This document shows, piece by piece, positions 49,751 to 63,413 of a stretch of DNA of 64,000 bases. Every line of letters begins with the position of its first letter. Positions within the stretch are counted from its first letter, which is position 1. Below the pieces are notes generated by a model that searched no databases, had not been told where the DNA came from, and was given only the letters and a program-made list of their open reading frames with translations. The position numbers and the translations under genes are program-made. The stretch is from positions 190,774,001-190,838,000 of the forward strand of contig OZ024743.1 in assembly GCA_964016885.1 (NCBI GenBank), given 5' to 3'. The DNA is from Eledone cirrhosa. Its lineage: Eukaryota.

Positions 49751-50432
49751 ATACCTTACTATGCAATTCACTAATTTCTCTAAGTCCTTTTTTATTATCA
49801 CTTTATCTTGAGTTTATTATGTCTTCTTTATCCACAAAAGGAGTTAAAATTATCAACATCTATATTGCTGTTGCTGTTACTATTTAAATCATCGCATTTA
49901 TCATCCCATCTTCATCGTCATAACAATCGTCACTATCATCACCATCATCATGATCTGCTGCATCATCTAAAACATAGTTATCTTCCGCATCATCCACTTT
50001 ACCGTCATCATCACCACCACCACCATCATCATCATCATCTTCATTATCATCATCTTCATCATTTTCATAACTCTCATCCACCACCACCACCACCACCACA
50101 CAACTGCACTATCATCACCAGCATCCCACCAACACCAACACCCTCACAATCATCATTATCATTTATCATCAACATGATCATCGTTTCAGTGTAATCAACA
50201 ATAACATAGACGTTGTACTTACTCATTGAATAGAAAAGTTGTTTTACATTTATGTAGATATAGTAAGACTATATAATAGAGTGTTGTTCTTATGTGCAGT
50301 GTTATTCTTATGTAATTTTTTGAATTTACATTCACTCTCGCAATCAATAATTGATTGATTTCCATTAATTTTCTTTCATAGTGATATTAATAATAAGAAT
50401 AATATAGGCAACAATAACTACAATAATAATCG

Positions 50433-50497
<65 letters not shown>

Positions 50498-50541
50498 GCA
50501 CCCCCACCACCACTACATTTACTGCTACTAATACTATTACA

Positions 50542-50611
<70 letters not shown>

Positions 50612-50678
50612 GCACCCACACCACCACTACATCTACTGCTACTAATACTATTACAACCACTACTACTACTACTACTAC

Positions 50679-50724
<46 letters not shown>

Positions 50725-50740
50725 GCTGCTGCTGCTGCTG
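50433..50740. repeat. Compound (ACT)n/(AAT)n/(GCT)n microsatellite with a 114-bp internal duplication
   Basis: Spacer AGCACCC..CACCACTACAT.TACTGCTACTAATACTATTACAACC at about 50497 and 50611. Confidence 0.9.
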
Positions 50741-51834
50741 ACACTGTTACTATTTTATTGTTGTTATTATTAAAAAGGGCATTCACTAAGAGTAGTTCTG
50801 CTAGATTCTACAGAACAAAAAATAAATCAAAAAGAAGAAAAGAAGTAAAAACATACGAATAGTACAATGCATTTTATTGAGAAGCAGGTTTTGGCTCTTA
50901 GACGCATTTAAACAAATGGCCATTCATAATCAGCAAAGTGTGTAATGGTCACACTTAAGTAAAATATAGAAACAAATAAAGTGTAGGAATACAGAAAAGT
51001 AAAACAAGAGACTACTGATGTTTCCAAATGAATTATAGATAAATAAAAATGTTAATCTGTTTCGTTTCCTCTCCCTTACTCAATCAACCATTACTGTTTC
51101 GGAATGATTACAAGCATGGTCTGTGCTTACAGTGCCCACCAAAGTAAATAAATAAATAAAACCATGAAAACACACTACTACTACCATTACTCCTACGACG
51201 GCCATCACCACCTATCACAACGCTTTCACCCTTCTTCTAACTACTTCACTATACTATTGCTATTAGCTGCACAATGTTTTAATGTAAAACCATTCAGGTG
51301 AATAAATCCTGTGAATGTACAACTCCCAGTGCAGCATTACCACACACGTAACCCCCTACATATATATATATACATACACATATATATACGCAGACACATA
51401 CCACAACGACCACTGCCACCACCACCACCACAACCACAACCACGACTACCACTTCTACCATCACAGCTACACTTCCACCACCACCTCCACCACCACAGCC
51501 ACCACCACTACCACCACTATAAAAGCTACCAGTACCCTCCCATCAACACTATTGTAACAATAATGATAGGAAACTAAATCAAGTAACAATTATGGAGCAA
51601 AGCCATAGCTGGAATCCTCACACCAACCCCACCAAAGAAAAAAAATACACAAATAACTTAATTGCAACACTACTATAACCATTACTGTTAAATGACTCAA
51701 CTACACTTTTCCTACAATCAATAAATTTCAAACTATATGTATTATCATCACTTCTGAAACTTTCAATAACACATCTACATCTGTTACAACTGAAAACACA
51801 ATAACCACAACATAGACATCAAGCAAAATATGTC

Positions 51835-52215
51835 GGAGTCACGACGTATCCGTTTGACTTGCTAGATATAGTAGCCAATTCTTTTTTCAAATAACAATCC
51901 GCCGTCTTATAAAAGGATTCGTTGAACGATATAGTCCTGCTTTCCTAAAACATGGGCAAAATGTGCAACGGTTACAACTCGTCATATGTCTTTTTTTATC
52001 AGTGGTGTTAAACATAAACACCAGGAGATGCAAGCGATGCACATAGGAAACCCTATGTCGTTTCTCGAACTGTTAGACTACACCATACAGTATCGGAAAA
52101 TAAGAGGACATTTTAGACAACCAATCGTACATAACACTAAATGACATGGTCAAGGCCGAAAAAGCCTTCGGTCATAAGTTTGTGCAATCCTGTTTGAACT
52201 GGAGCCAAACAACCA
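51835..52215 (+). mobile_element. SINE-like repeat family 2, two tandem diverged pieces
   Basis: GTTTGACTTGCTAGATATAGTAGCCAA...CCGTCTTA...GCCTTCGGTCATA...CTGGAGCCAAACAAC. Confidence 0.6.
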
Positions 52216-53396
52216 AAGCCACCACACAAATATTTCAAAAGACAGTCATGGGTGGAAAGCCTTAATCATAGGCTTTATAATCATCGATATATGTATTTAT
52301 TACTGTCGACATTACCATCACCATCACTATATCATCCTCCTCATCAACATCATCATCGCCATCATCAATATTATCATCGTTTGACATCTGCCTACATCAA
52401 CATACTTCCAATTCTCCTGCATTTTCTTTCCTGGCTTCCACCTACTACTCAACCCATTGACAAGGTTGCCTCTATAGAAATTCAATGCTGAACTGGTAGA
52501 ATTAATTCAACTCGAACTGAGTTAGATTTCAAATTTATGTGGAGAGCTAGGGTTCAAATAATGTGAAACTGTCAGAAAGTTTAGAACAATCTGTATTTCA
52601 TTCACAACAATTATATTCTGTGAACACGCTGCTCCATCGAAAACATTCTAATTCAGCTTGTCATCATCATTATCTACAATTTATGTTTTACCTTTTCTTT
52701 TTGCAGCTATATTATCTATATATAGTCAGCATAACCTCTTGCTAGAGCCACAGAACACATAATTGAAGCATAAGAGCGAGTAAGGAGGTGGTTGAGGAAC
52801 CACTAGAGGTTCAACGACAAGCGTACAGGAAAGTGGTTGATATTGCAACAGCTTGAAATGAAACCTGGGTCTTTCGCTGAATTCAATATATTGCTGGATA
52901 AAGAGTCATCGCTTCATACTTATGAATTCATGAGTTTATATACCCAGCTAATGAACAGGAAGAAGAAGTTAATATAAGTTGGTAGATGGTAGAGACCTTT
53001 GGGCTCGTGGAAACAGTCACACAGAAAAACTAAATCTCTCTTCACCGAAATATTACTTTCCATTTTCGAGAATAAATACATAGGACAAGGAGAAGATGCA
53101 GGTGACCCTTATGTACTATTTGCTAAATAACAGACTAGTGCGATAAAATTCAGGGCCCGACCTGTAATCCGAAAATAGAGAAGGCGAGTAGAGGAAGAAG
53201 TAAACCCATAACTAATCGCGTCTTTGTGGAAAACTATAGGAATTAGTGATAAGTGCTCCATTTGTTGGTGGGTAAGTTTGTTTGAAGCTTGTTTAGGACC
53301 TCTAAATATTGGTGACCCTCGAAGAGCATAGAAACATTCTCGGTCTATATTCTATTCAAGTCTCGACTCAGAAATGTTAAATGAGTAATACAATAC

Positions 53397-53443
<47 letters not shown>

Positions 53444-53646
53444 TGAATTTGTTTAGCAACATTCTTTATCTGAAAACGTGTGTTAAAACCGATATTGTTA
53501 TACTTTGGGAGGGTCATGTTGCCAATAAGAAACACACGCACCACATGTTTCACTCCAATTTATTATAATTTAAATTATAATTTTAACAAATTTATAAATT
53601 TCCAGTTGGTTGGGTGGTTCCACAACCGGACGGTTGTTCATATATT

Positions 53647-53688
53647 GTCAACGTTCTTTCGTCATCATTCTGTGACCTCTTCAGTGAC
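53647..53688 (-). ncRNA. Minimal hammerhead motif in PLE 3' region (cleavage-site U mutated)
   Basis: Minus: GTCA-CTGAAGA-G-GTCA(CAGAATGA)TGAC-GAAA-GAACG-T-TGAC; stems I and II perfect. Confidence 0.68.
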
Positions 53689-53899
53689 TGGGGATTCTTT
53701 TCTTTGTTTTGTGCCTCACGTTTGTTCTGTCCTACGCCATCTTGTTTTTGTGTGTGTTGTGTGCTTAGTTTGCGCATGTGTTACATCCGGGTGTCAGTGT
53801 GTGTTTTTATTTGTTTATTTATTTGTTTATTTACATGTTACTGGTTGGTTATTTGTTCTATATGTGTATGTTTTCATTTTGTCCTTAATTGTAAGTTGT

Positions 53900-56800
53900 G
53901 ATGTTGCTATTCCATTCATGTTTTCTATTTAATTTTGGTTGGAGTTCATTTATGTTTATTGCCTCTGTGATTTGTCTAAACTTTGCGTCTTTTCTGTGTG
54001 TAGATTTTATTTTTATTTCTATGTTCTCTAATTTGCCCTTATGTTCTATTTTAGCATGTTGGTGGAGTACTGATGATTCTTTTCTATCTTGAAGCTCTCG
54101 CCAGTCTTCATTTAATCGTTCTCCTATTCTACGAGCTGTCTCACCTATGTACGCTATACTCTTATCTTTACATTGTCCATCAGTGCATCTTATGCTATAT
54201 AATATGTTTCTAGTTTTACAGTTAATAGGGGGCTTAGTTTACAGATTATGCATTTCTTATCTATACAGAGAGGTCTTTGAAAAGGGTGCGTATTACTAAT
54301 AAGTGTTTTTAAGGAGGTACCTGGTCTTTCTACTATCTTAATATTTAGTTTAAGTTTATCTAGAGCCCTTCTAAATTTGTAAGCTAGTTCACCTCTAGGG
54401 GTTGTATTGATGAACATTACACTCTGGTATTTATTGCTATCATACCATGAGTTTATTCTATTAACTTTATTCCTAGTTCTTTCTATTCTATTCCAAAATT
54501 AGCTCATATACAAGGGGAAGGTCCAATTTGTATCATTATTTAACATTTTTTCCCATCTGGCTCCTCTATATACTCTGATTTTATCTCTCTGATTGTAACC
54601 AGAGAACTGCATACGGTGGATGAAGTGTTGTATGTGTCTCTGTAGTTCTTTGGGGTTGCACATGCGGGACACGTTTCTCATCACCCGTACTAAATCCGCA
54701 ATCAGTATGTTGATGTTAGTGTGATCCGAAACAGCTGAGTTTCGGTGAATCAGATATTTGGAAGTCATGGGTTTGGCATAATGGGAATAGAGAATTAGTT
54801 TTTTTGTTATAATGGTTTCTAACCAGAGCTCTGTGTTTAGTACAGATAATCGATGGTTGGAGTGTTGGCTTGGGTAGTCTAGAGTAACTCTAATACTCTG
54901 GTGTATGGAGTTAGCTATTTGCTGGATGCTTTCCATGGTGCTTTTCTCTAATTCCTGACTGTTCTCTAGTGGGGGTGTTTTTATTACGATGTTTATATCA
55001 TCAACGTAACGAGAGTACATTATCAGGGTTAAGAGGTTGCTGTCTTCTAATTGTTATTTAAGTTTATTGTCCCACCATATCATGAATAGGTTAGCTATGT
55101 CACCTGCAATGCTAACACCAATGGCTGCTCCCTCCTCTTGGGCATATATTTTTCCATTAAATTTGAACATATGTTCCTTAATGGTTAGTTTTATACTGGC
55201 CTCCACCGCATGTGCAATCATTTTCTTTAGTTCATAATGGTTTTCGGGGGTCCGCATGGCTCTGGTCCACCAGTTCCATCTTTCTGTGTGGGTTTTCTTG
55301 GCCATTGAGGTAATGGTAGGTGGTCTGCCTCTTGCTGGCCTTGTGGGGCAGAGGTTGCTAAGGTCATACGTATCTAGATAATTATTACTATAAGTAAGTT
55401 TAAGTAGGAGTCCCAGCTAACTGGTATCAATCCCACTGAATTCAACATTGCTCTCACTGATCATATCTACGCATTTTGCCACAGCAAAATCCACGTCAAT
55501 GGATGGGTATAGGGACACAACATCCATACTACCTATTATACAGTCTGTTAGGTCCCTAGATCTGTTATTTTCGCTGATTCTGCTGAGGAGGTCCTCCATG
55601 CTGTCACATATATCCGAGGACATTTCAATGATGGGGTGTACGATCAGGGAGAATAAGTAGGAAAGTATGTAGTTACTAGCAATGTTAGCTCCACAGACTG
55701 GCCGTGTTGGTGATCCTGTTACTGGGTCACTTTTCGTCTTATGGTCTTTTCGAAGCCCATACAACGCTGGCACGTCATTGCTCCAGGCCTGGAAGTTGTT
55801 GGTAGTCCGTTTATTGGGTTGCATTATGTTCTTCCACATCATCATATGAGCGTTGAGTGTTTTCTCCCTATCCTCATGCTCTTGTGGTGTTACTTCTCTT
55901 GTGTTAGTGATGTAGGGTTGCATTTCCTGGATGTAGTTTGACAGCCTGTCAACCGACATTCTGCCAGACTTGTCTGTTGGAAAGCATGCAATCTCTCCAT
56001 TACGAGAGCGCTGCATGAGCTTACGCAAGCCATTTGCAGATTTTTTCTCCCAGTTGCTGGGCCTCCATTCTATTTTGCTTCTTGCTATACTGTTCTATAA
56101 TATTTCTAAGTTTAGATCTAGGTATATTAAATTGTGCTTCTGTTTGTTCATCGACCTGCGACGGCAATTGCGTGCGTTTGTTAAATACTAAAGTCGTGGC
56201 ATGGACTCGTCGTAGGTCGAAGGACATATCGGATGGGTTATAAAAAGTAGAATTCCAGGCTGCTGCGTTATGTGTTCTATTGCTATTGTTATTGTTAGTT
56301 GTGTTGTTTCTATTTCTATTTCCACCAATAGCCCCATGGTTGTTTCTATGTCTCTCATTATTACTCCTGTCTCTTTCCTCTAGCTCATTATTATAATCTA
56401 CTCTATTTTGTGTGTCTGTGTGTTCGTCCTGGTTATTTTCTCTGTCAGTATCGATAGTCTCCCTTCTTCTTCCAATCCCATTACCCTCCCTTACCTCTGT
56501 GTTACTGTCAGTATCTGTTTTCTGTGTCTGTGTGTCTGTTAAGATTGTGGTGGTGGTGAAAGGAATAGGATGTGTGTGTGTTGTTGTTGTTGTTGATGCG
56601 TGTTGTTGTTGTTGTTGTTATTGTTGTCTCTGTGTATGTTGTTATTATTGTTGTGTGTGTTGTTATTGTTGTTTGTGTCTGTGTGTCTGTTGTTGTTGTC
56701 TCTGTGTATGTTATTATTGTTGTTGTGTGTGTTGTTGTTGTTATCCTTGTTTGTGTCTGTGTGTCTGTTATTGTTGGGATGTGTGTTGTGTGTGTGTGTG

Positions 56801-57215
56801 TTTGTGCGTATGTTGTTACTTTTGCTTTTGTTTTTGTTGTTGTTTTTGAGGCTCCAACGTAATTTTGTAAATGATTTGTCTATTTCTGACAAGCATCTTA
56901 TCATATTTACCTTATTATATGTTGCATATTTAGGTGGTAGCTGTAATATAGTTTCTACTTTTGGCACAAGGCCAGCAATTTCCCAGTGTATTACTGGTAC
57001 TTTATTTTATCGACCCCGTAAGGATGAAAGGCAAAGTTAACCTCGGCGGGATTTGAACTCAGAATGGCAAGGGCCGTAACTCTATGCGTCAAAGCATGGT
57101 GTCCGACCCTCTACCGATACTGCCAATTCACCGCCATGTAGCTGTAATATAGATAGTTCATCAGAGCCTACTGTCGTGTTGCCGTATATATTTGTGTTGT
57201 TGTTGTTGAATTCGT
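53900..57215 (-). pseudogene. PLE RT + GIY-YIG ORF, several frameshifts/stops
   Basis: LQLPPKYA, KLRW, PTDKSGR, LYGLRKDHK, GSMDVVSLYPSI, EGAAIGVSIAG, RYVDDI; YIGETARRIGERL near 54110-54150. Confidence 0.88.
56952..57137 (-). mobile_element. SINE family 1, full length, 15-bp TSD, inserted into the PLE ORF
   Basis: TSD GTAGCTGTAATATAG at 56937-56951 and 57138-57152; removal restores GSDELSILQLPPKYA. Confidence 0.95.
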
Positions 57216-58199
57216 ACAACTTACCAAAAAACAAGCAGATAGTCTAAAGCGAACACTAATTCTAAACATAAAAAGAGATTTACAGAGAATTAAGTCATCA
57301 AGAAAAACATAAGCGTAACCTAATACAAGAAATAACTAAGATCACCACACTAAAAGAAAAATTATAATACATAAACATTATACACGAAGAAGAAAAGTAC
57401 ATCATCCAAGAATGCAACAAACACTTTAACAAGAAATTAACGTGGCTCAAACAGATGAAACTAAATCAATAAACTTCAGAGAATAGAGATATCCAGATGG
57501 GATTGATGGTATAAACATGGCCGATGTCTCATTAACGGACGAATTCAACAACAACAACACAAATATATACGGAAACATGTTGATTTAATGAAAAAAATAA
57601 CATCAATAATAAAAGATAATAAAATATAATAAAAGTATAAAGAAGTAAAAATGAAAACGATAAGTACAAAATACGGTTACTGATAATAGTAGTAGTGGTG
57701 GTGTTCGTTGAAGTTATATTGGTGAGTAAGTGGATGGGTAAAATAGTGATGACAGTAATGATAACAAAAAGATGAAAAGAAAAACGGTATATGATATGTA
57801 GTGTATTAACTTCATGAATTGACGAAATAAAAACGCAAGAGTTACAATAAAATATCAAAGGATTAAATAAAAAATTAAGAGAGAAAGAGATAAGGAACAG
57901 GAGATAAAGAATAAGGATTCGAGGATGAGGCATAAAGGGTAGGACTAAGGACGGGGAAGCAGTAGATAGACAGATAGAGAATAAAAAGTGAAAGGGGCAG
58001 TGATTATACTGTATATGGATGATTAAGGTCTGGTAGACTAATTGTTTTATATTAATGGAAGTGATGCGGCTATAGAGAGAGAGAGTGAAAGAAAAGTTGG
58101 GAGATTCATAATGTTGATTTAATGATCAGTTGGTCAGTTGACAGCTAATAACAGTAGAGTGGTGTGAAGCTAGTACATTTAAATCCGGGTGGTTTTGAC

Positions 58200-59460
58200 T
58201 GAATTCCGAGATTACTGGATAGAATCATGCCTGTTGTGGTTTGATGTTAGAGAATTCGGTGGCTGCTTTGTGCCTACAGAAGATTGTTCGCTCTATCTTG
58301 TTGTTAAGCAGCATTTTATTATATTTAAAAAAATGGAGCAGCTCCATATTACATAGTCCGCACCGGTACATTCCATTTTTGTAGGCCCTTGCACTCGATA
58401 ACTTCGACCAGCTAATCTCATATTCCTGGCTGATGCCCTTAAGCTGCCAGGTCTTATTGGCCAGTGTCGTTGTATTCTCAAGTCTACGGTTTTTTTTATA
58501 AAATTCCTATGCACATACTATCTTTTTTTGAAATCTCCAGCTGTAGAACTTATGTAGTGCCATGATAGATTGCCAGATTTGATAGTACAGAGGTACACTA
58601 GACTTGATTCTAGGCATCTATTCTGTAGTGGGCATTTATCCGGTAGGTGGCAGTTACATTTGGAGGCCTTCCTGTGTGCAGGTTCTCCGTTGCGGTTCTG
58701 CATGTTGTTAGGAATGGGCTGAGATTTAGCTTTATTGGTGTTTTGTTGCGATGTGCTTTGCTGTGTGGGTGGTTATGATGTTGTTATGTGTTTGCGTTTT
58801 GTATTTAGTGCTATGGTGTATGTTGGTAGAATACTTTCCTTAGATATTCTTTTATAGTTAGTTTTATGTATGTGTGATTCTATGTTGGCTGCAGTAGAGT
58901 AAGAGTTTAATAGATTTTCTGTTAAAGATTCTATGGTATTTGTGTAGTTTAGAGACGTGTTTGTCAATTAGTTAAAAGAATATACAAGGTAGGTTGGTTT
59001 TTATAGAAGAGTTGAAGATTGGATTGAACAATAAATATTTCCTATCTCTGGATTTGCTGGAGTTTCTAGGGGTCCCTATATTAGTGTTCGGTTCGGCTAT
59101 TTCGCGTGCTCGTTGCCTATTTCCATGTTTAGTTCTATATTTGATATTCCTATAGGCGCGGGTAGTGTAGGTGTCGTTATGTTTGTAGTTGCTGTCTCTA
59201 TCGGGTATGTATTTGAGCTCCTCCTTGTGGCCTGCCTTATGTAAAGCTATGCTATAGTATTTTGCGTGTTCATTGAAAATTTCTAGGTTAGAAGATAGGC
59301 GGGATATTCTATGTGCTATAGAGTTAATTATGGAGCGAGGGTGTTTTGAGTTATAATTAATGTAAGCTAGATTCTCGTTATTTTATGGAAAGGCTCTATA
59401 AGTCCAGTATTCCGATGATTTGATCAGAGACACATACTGTATTTAAGGTCGAGTGACGCA
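58200..59460 (-). mobile_element. Decayed PLE relic with CNC linker and GIY-YIG, Hydra-clade-like
   Basis: KCNCHLPDKCPLQNRCLESSLVYLCTI...WHYISSTAGDFKKR; upstream LDL...P....L.YIN..S.HP-like residues. Confidence 0.7.
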
Positions 59461-59575
59461 ATTTTGAATGATCAGCGGCCTTTAGTCTCACCTGATCAAT
59501 GAAACAATTGTTAATACTGTAAATGAAACCCTTTTTGTACAGAAGACCATGTTATTCTTCACTCTTTCACTATAT

Positions 59576-59705
<130 letters not shown>

Positions 59706-60349
59706 ACCCCATTTATTGCAATGGCACTAACATATTTAAACACGAAAGCTTTGTTTCATTCAAGACTCTCGTGCTATATGAGGCACCGCACTTTTTCTGT
59801 GACGGCAAAGATAATTCTATGTGTACTTGTTGTAGATTAATTACTATAAATCAATGTTTTGTTTCTCGTCTCTAACTCTACAGGACAGCATTTGGCTTGT
59901 TTCAGATCTACCAAAGTCCACCTGAACAGCCGATGACCCTGGAGTTCTGTATTTCGTTTGTATTTTTATTTTGAAAAATTGGTTTTCGTTCGTTTACTTC
60001 TCCTCTCGTTGTTATATTTCCTAAGTTTATATATATATATATCGCATTGCACCTGATTGTGGTTGGGCTCATAGCGTTGTTAGGATTCAATGTCTCCTTG
60101 GAAAGATGGTTGCAGTAAGATTAGCTGGTGTGACCAGTATATTCTAAAGTAGACGGTCAATCGAACAGGAATTTCGAGATTAGAAATAGGTAGTAAACTA
60201 ACCTCTACCATGCTAGTTGATACATCGATTCTTCCACCATCAATCGACCCTCTGAAATGATTGTAAAACAATAAACTAATTTTACTACCTAACTCTGACT
60301 TCTGCCTTATTTTCATTGTTCTATACACAAATACACACGAACACACACG

Positions 60350-60525
<176 letters not shown>

Positions 60526-60586
60526 TGCAGAGTAGAGCACTAAAGGAAGTCCACAAGAGATCTGTTAACTCCGGAGTAAATTTGTA

Positions 60587-60689
60587 CACAAGGGGTATAA
60601 ATCTACATTTCCTAACTTTCTTCTTTTGTTACCGTAAATTATTACGGTAATAAAAGAAGTAAATCATGAAATGTAGATTTATACCTCTT

Positions 60690-60691
<2 letters not shown>
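60587..60691. repeat. Imperfect 105-bp palindrome abutting (TA)n
   Basis: ACAAGGGGTATAAATCTACATTTC/GAAATGTAGATTTATACCTCTTGT and CTTCTTTTGTTACCGTAA/TTACGGTAATAAAAGAAG. Confidence 0.85.
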
Positions 60692-60736
<45 letters not shown>

Positions 60737-60942
60737 TATATACATGTATATATAAGGTGTGTGTGATATTGTCTCGTTCGTTTCTCCTATTTATTTCTAT
60801 CACTTATACGGGCCAACAAACTAATAGCCAATGATTTCTGTCGTTTGAGGTAATTTTTACCTGACGCTGTCATTGACAGCATTTTGTTGTTTTAATAGCT
60901 ATTCTTGGTTTCAGTGTTTCTGATTAATCTATGAAAATATAT

Positions 60943-61043
<101 letters not shown>

Positions 61044-61091
61044 CATATATATGTACATATATATATATTATATATATATAAACATATATAT

Positions 61092-61129
<38 letters not shown>

Positions 61130-61131
<2 letters not shown>

Positions 61132-61330
61132 CGAAGGAAGTGGTGTGGTAAGGAACCAGGTGGCCCATAACGCACCAGAGTACTCGATACTATGGGTAGT
61201 AGAGTGCGTAATAAGAAAATAGTCAGGACTCCGACGGCTGAGCTCCGGCCGATTTGACTGCTATTTCTGAACTCAGAAATAGCTGTAGAAACGGCCGGAC
61301 CTCAGCCGTCGGGTCCTGACTCTTTTCCTA
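61130..61330. mobile_element. PLE-end fragment with terminal fold-back containing hammerhead 3' halves, in (TA)n
   Basis: About 61212-61270 pairs with 61273-61330; right arm GAA-ACGGC(CGGACCTCA)GCCGT-C-GGGTCC; left part homologous to 28335-28620. Confidence 0.8.
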
Positions 61331-61817
61331 TATATATATATATATAGTACGTGTATGTAATTGAAAATGTATTCCTGTACAAGTGCACCATGTTGCCTAT
61401 CATGAAAATATTTTGTGATTCTACTCAAAATCGAAGTTAAAAGATGTAATCACCTAGGCGTAACATATAGAGTTCAGGATAAATGCGTCATCTACGTTAG
61501 ACGCAGATGAAGTGAATATTAATCATTTAGGCGGATTATTTCATTAACTGACCTTTTAACTAATTTAGATATTGAGTAAATTGAATGATTAAGTGATCAA
61601 TTTATCATAAGTCTGATAGATGGGTTAGCTGTTTGATGGATGGATCGGGATTTTCAGTAAAAGCGCTACTTATCGATCACATAGAAAAGAGTGTACAATT
61701 TACCGATTGACTTTGACTAATTATGCAAATAAATGACTGATTAACTGATTCATTGATTAATCTGATTAGACACATTATCGAAAAAAAATTCCATTGCAGT
61801 GATACATATATATTATA

Positions 61818-61854
<37 letters not shown>

Positions 61855-62409
61855 CTTCTTCATCACTTTCTGTTGCTTAAACCATTTTGTTTGTTTACCC
61901 TAGCGTTCCCTTTATTTACGTGTCCCAACGACTTTTTTTAGCCGTTGCTCGCACCAACCTGAGGTATATGGCCTTTAAAGCGACGAAATGCCTACGACGG
62001 TTGGAAGGCCACTGATGAAGGACAAACTTTTTCATATGTAACCCATTTGCAACGCCGCAGCTCGATTATTATCATATTTATACATATATATACATTTTTA
62101 TAAATATGTGTGTATACACACACACACACAAGCACACACATACACACATATATATATATTTATGTTTTAAACTAATATAGAAAGTAACTGGAGATGAGCG
62201 ACTCTCTTATCTCCGAACTACGCACTCTACCGTGTAAGGTTACTCAAAAGGACTCTTCGGGTGGTAGAACCCTGTTTCGGCCTCTTTATATATATATCTA
62301 TATATATATATATACATGTAGAAGAGATATTTAATTTGTTGGAAATCCAACAAATATAGATGTTTATAACTGATTCAAAGCACTCGACAGTTTTCTGGAG
62401 TAAGTATTC

Positions 62410-62703
62410 AATGATATTCAATAAATGGAAACTATACTTATAAGCCCATATTTATTCTATTATATATATTTCAAGCGTACCAACAATTTTGGTACGCTAT
62501 CATCAGATAAAATACAAAATGTTTTATAAATATTTGACATGACCAAGGTTCAAGGAACCGTTAAGGTTTATTATCCTTGGTCATGTGAAATATTTTGTAT
62601 TTTATCTGATGGTAGCGTACCAAATTTTTTGGTTCCCTTGAAATATATATTAATAGAATAAATATGGTTTTATAAATATAGTTTCCATTTGTTGAATATC
62701 ATT
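62410..62703. mobile_element. Fold-back PLE-end module, about 130-bp inverted arms, hammerhead in each arm
   Basis: 62410-62547 is the reverse complement of 62576-62703. Confidence 0.88.
62457..62511 (-). ncRNA. Hammerhead ribozyme motif (damaged mirror copy on plus at 62601-62656)
   Basis: Minus: TTAT-CTGATGA-T-AGCGTACCAA(AATTG)TTGGTACGCT-T-GAAA-TATATA-T-A-ATAG then AATAAA; perfect 10-bp stem II. Confidence 0.8.
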
Positions 62704-62724
62704 GTATATATATATATATATTTA

Positions 62725-62783
62725 TAGGAACGAGTAGGACCCCGACGGCTGAGCTCAGCCGTTTCGACGGCTAATTCTGGACT
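62725..62783 (-). mobile_element. PLE-end fragment with hammerhead 3' half
   Basis: Near-identical to 27548-27606. Confidence 0.72.
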
Positions 62784-62819
62784 AAGTGAAAATGTCTGTA
62801 CATATATATATATTTACGT

Positions 62820-62886
<67 letters not shown>

Positions 62887-62995
62887 ATTTGATGGCGACT
62901 TGAATAGACCTGCTTTTTCTCAGACACATTTTTTCTTTTCTGCCACTGCCCACTTTCCTCTATCTTTCTTTTTCTTCTTTAATTTTTTATTTTAA

Positions 62996-63029
62996 TTTCT
63001 GATGAAGAAATAGCGTTCGAAATGTTAGG
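62996..63029 (+). ncRNA. Degenerate minimal hammerhead motif
   Basis: TTT-CTGATGA-A-GAA(ATAGCG)TTC-GAAA-TGT-T-AGG; context resembles the 17007 and 24321 motifs (pyrimidine-rich upstream). Confidence 0.55.
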
Positions 63030-63116
63030 ACACCTTCCCTACTATATGAAGCGTAAAATTAACATATTTCCTCGCTGTACTGTGCCGTTTTCTTTGTTAT
63101 TTTTGTTTACCTTTTT

Positions 63117-63200
<84 letters not shown>

Positions 63201-63382
63201 ATAAAGAGAGATACACCCAGATATAACATATATGTATTCAAATCATAAGAGACTCTGTTAATCTCTCTTTATTATATTAAATTGTATTATACGGCTCGGA
63301 AAATCTTTTCCTTGAGCTATTTTAATTGTAAGGGACTACTAAGAGTTTCTAACTCTCTATATACTTTTGATAAATATATATC

Positions 63383-63413
<31 letters not shown>

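Larger units (their letters stand above)
53461..57575 (-). mobile_element. Penelope-like element, long decayed copy with SINE insertion and inverted 5' segment
   Basis: RT and GIY-YIG fragments on minus, related to the 28.7-kb element; (TA)n at the 3' flank. Confidence 0.9.

Noticed and set aside
52780-53390. Possible old LINE fragment
   Set aside because: Composition suggests a decayed element but no diagnostic motif could be read.
53465-53495. CTGAAAA...AAAACCGATA as a second, antisense hammerhead at the PLE end (related text at 31240-31262 and 43198-43222)
   Set aside because: No consistent stem II or core among the three copies and wrong strand relative to the ORF.
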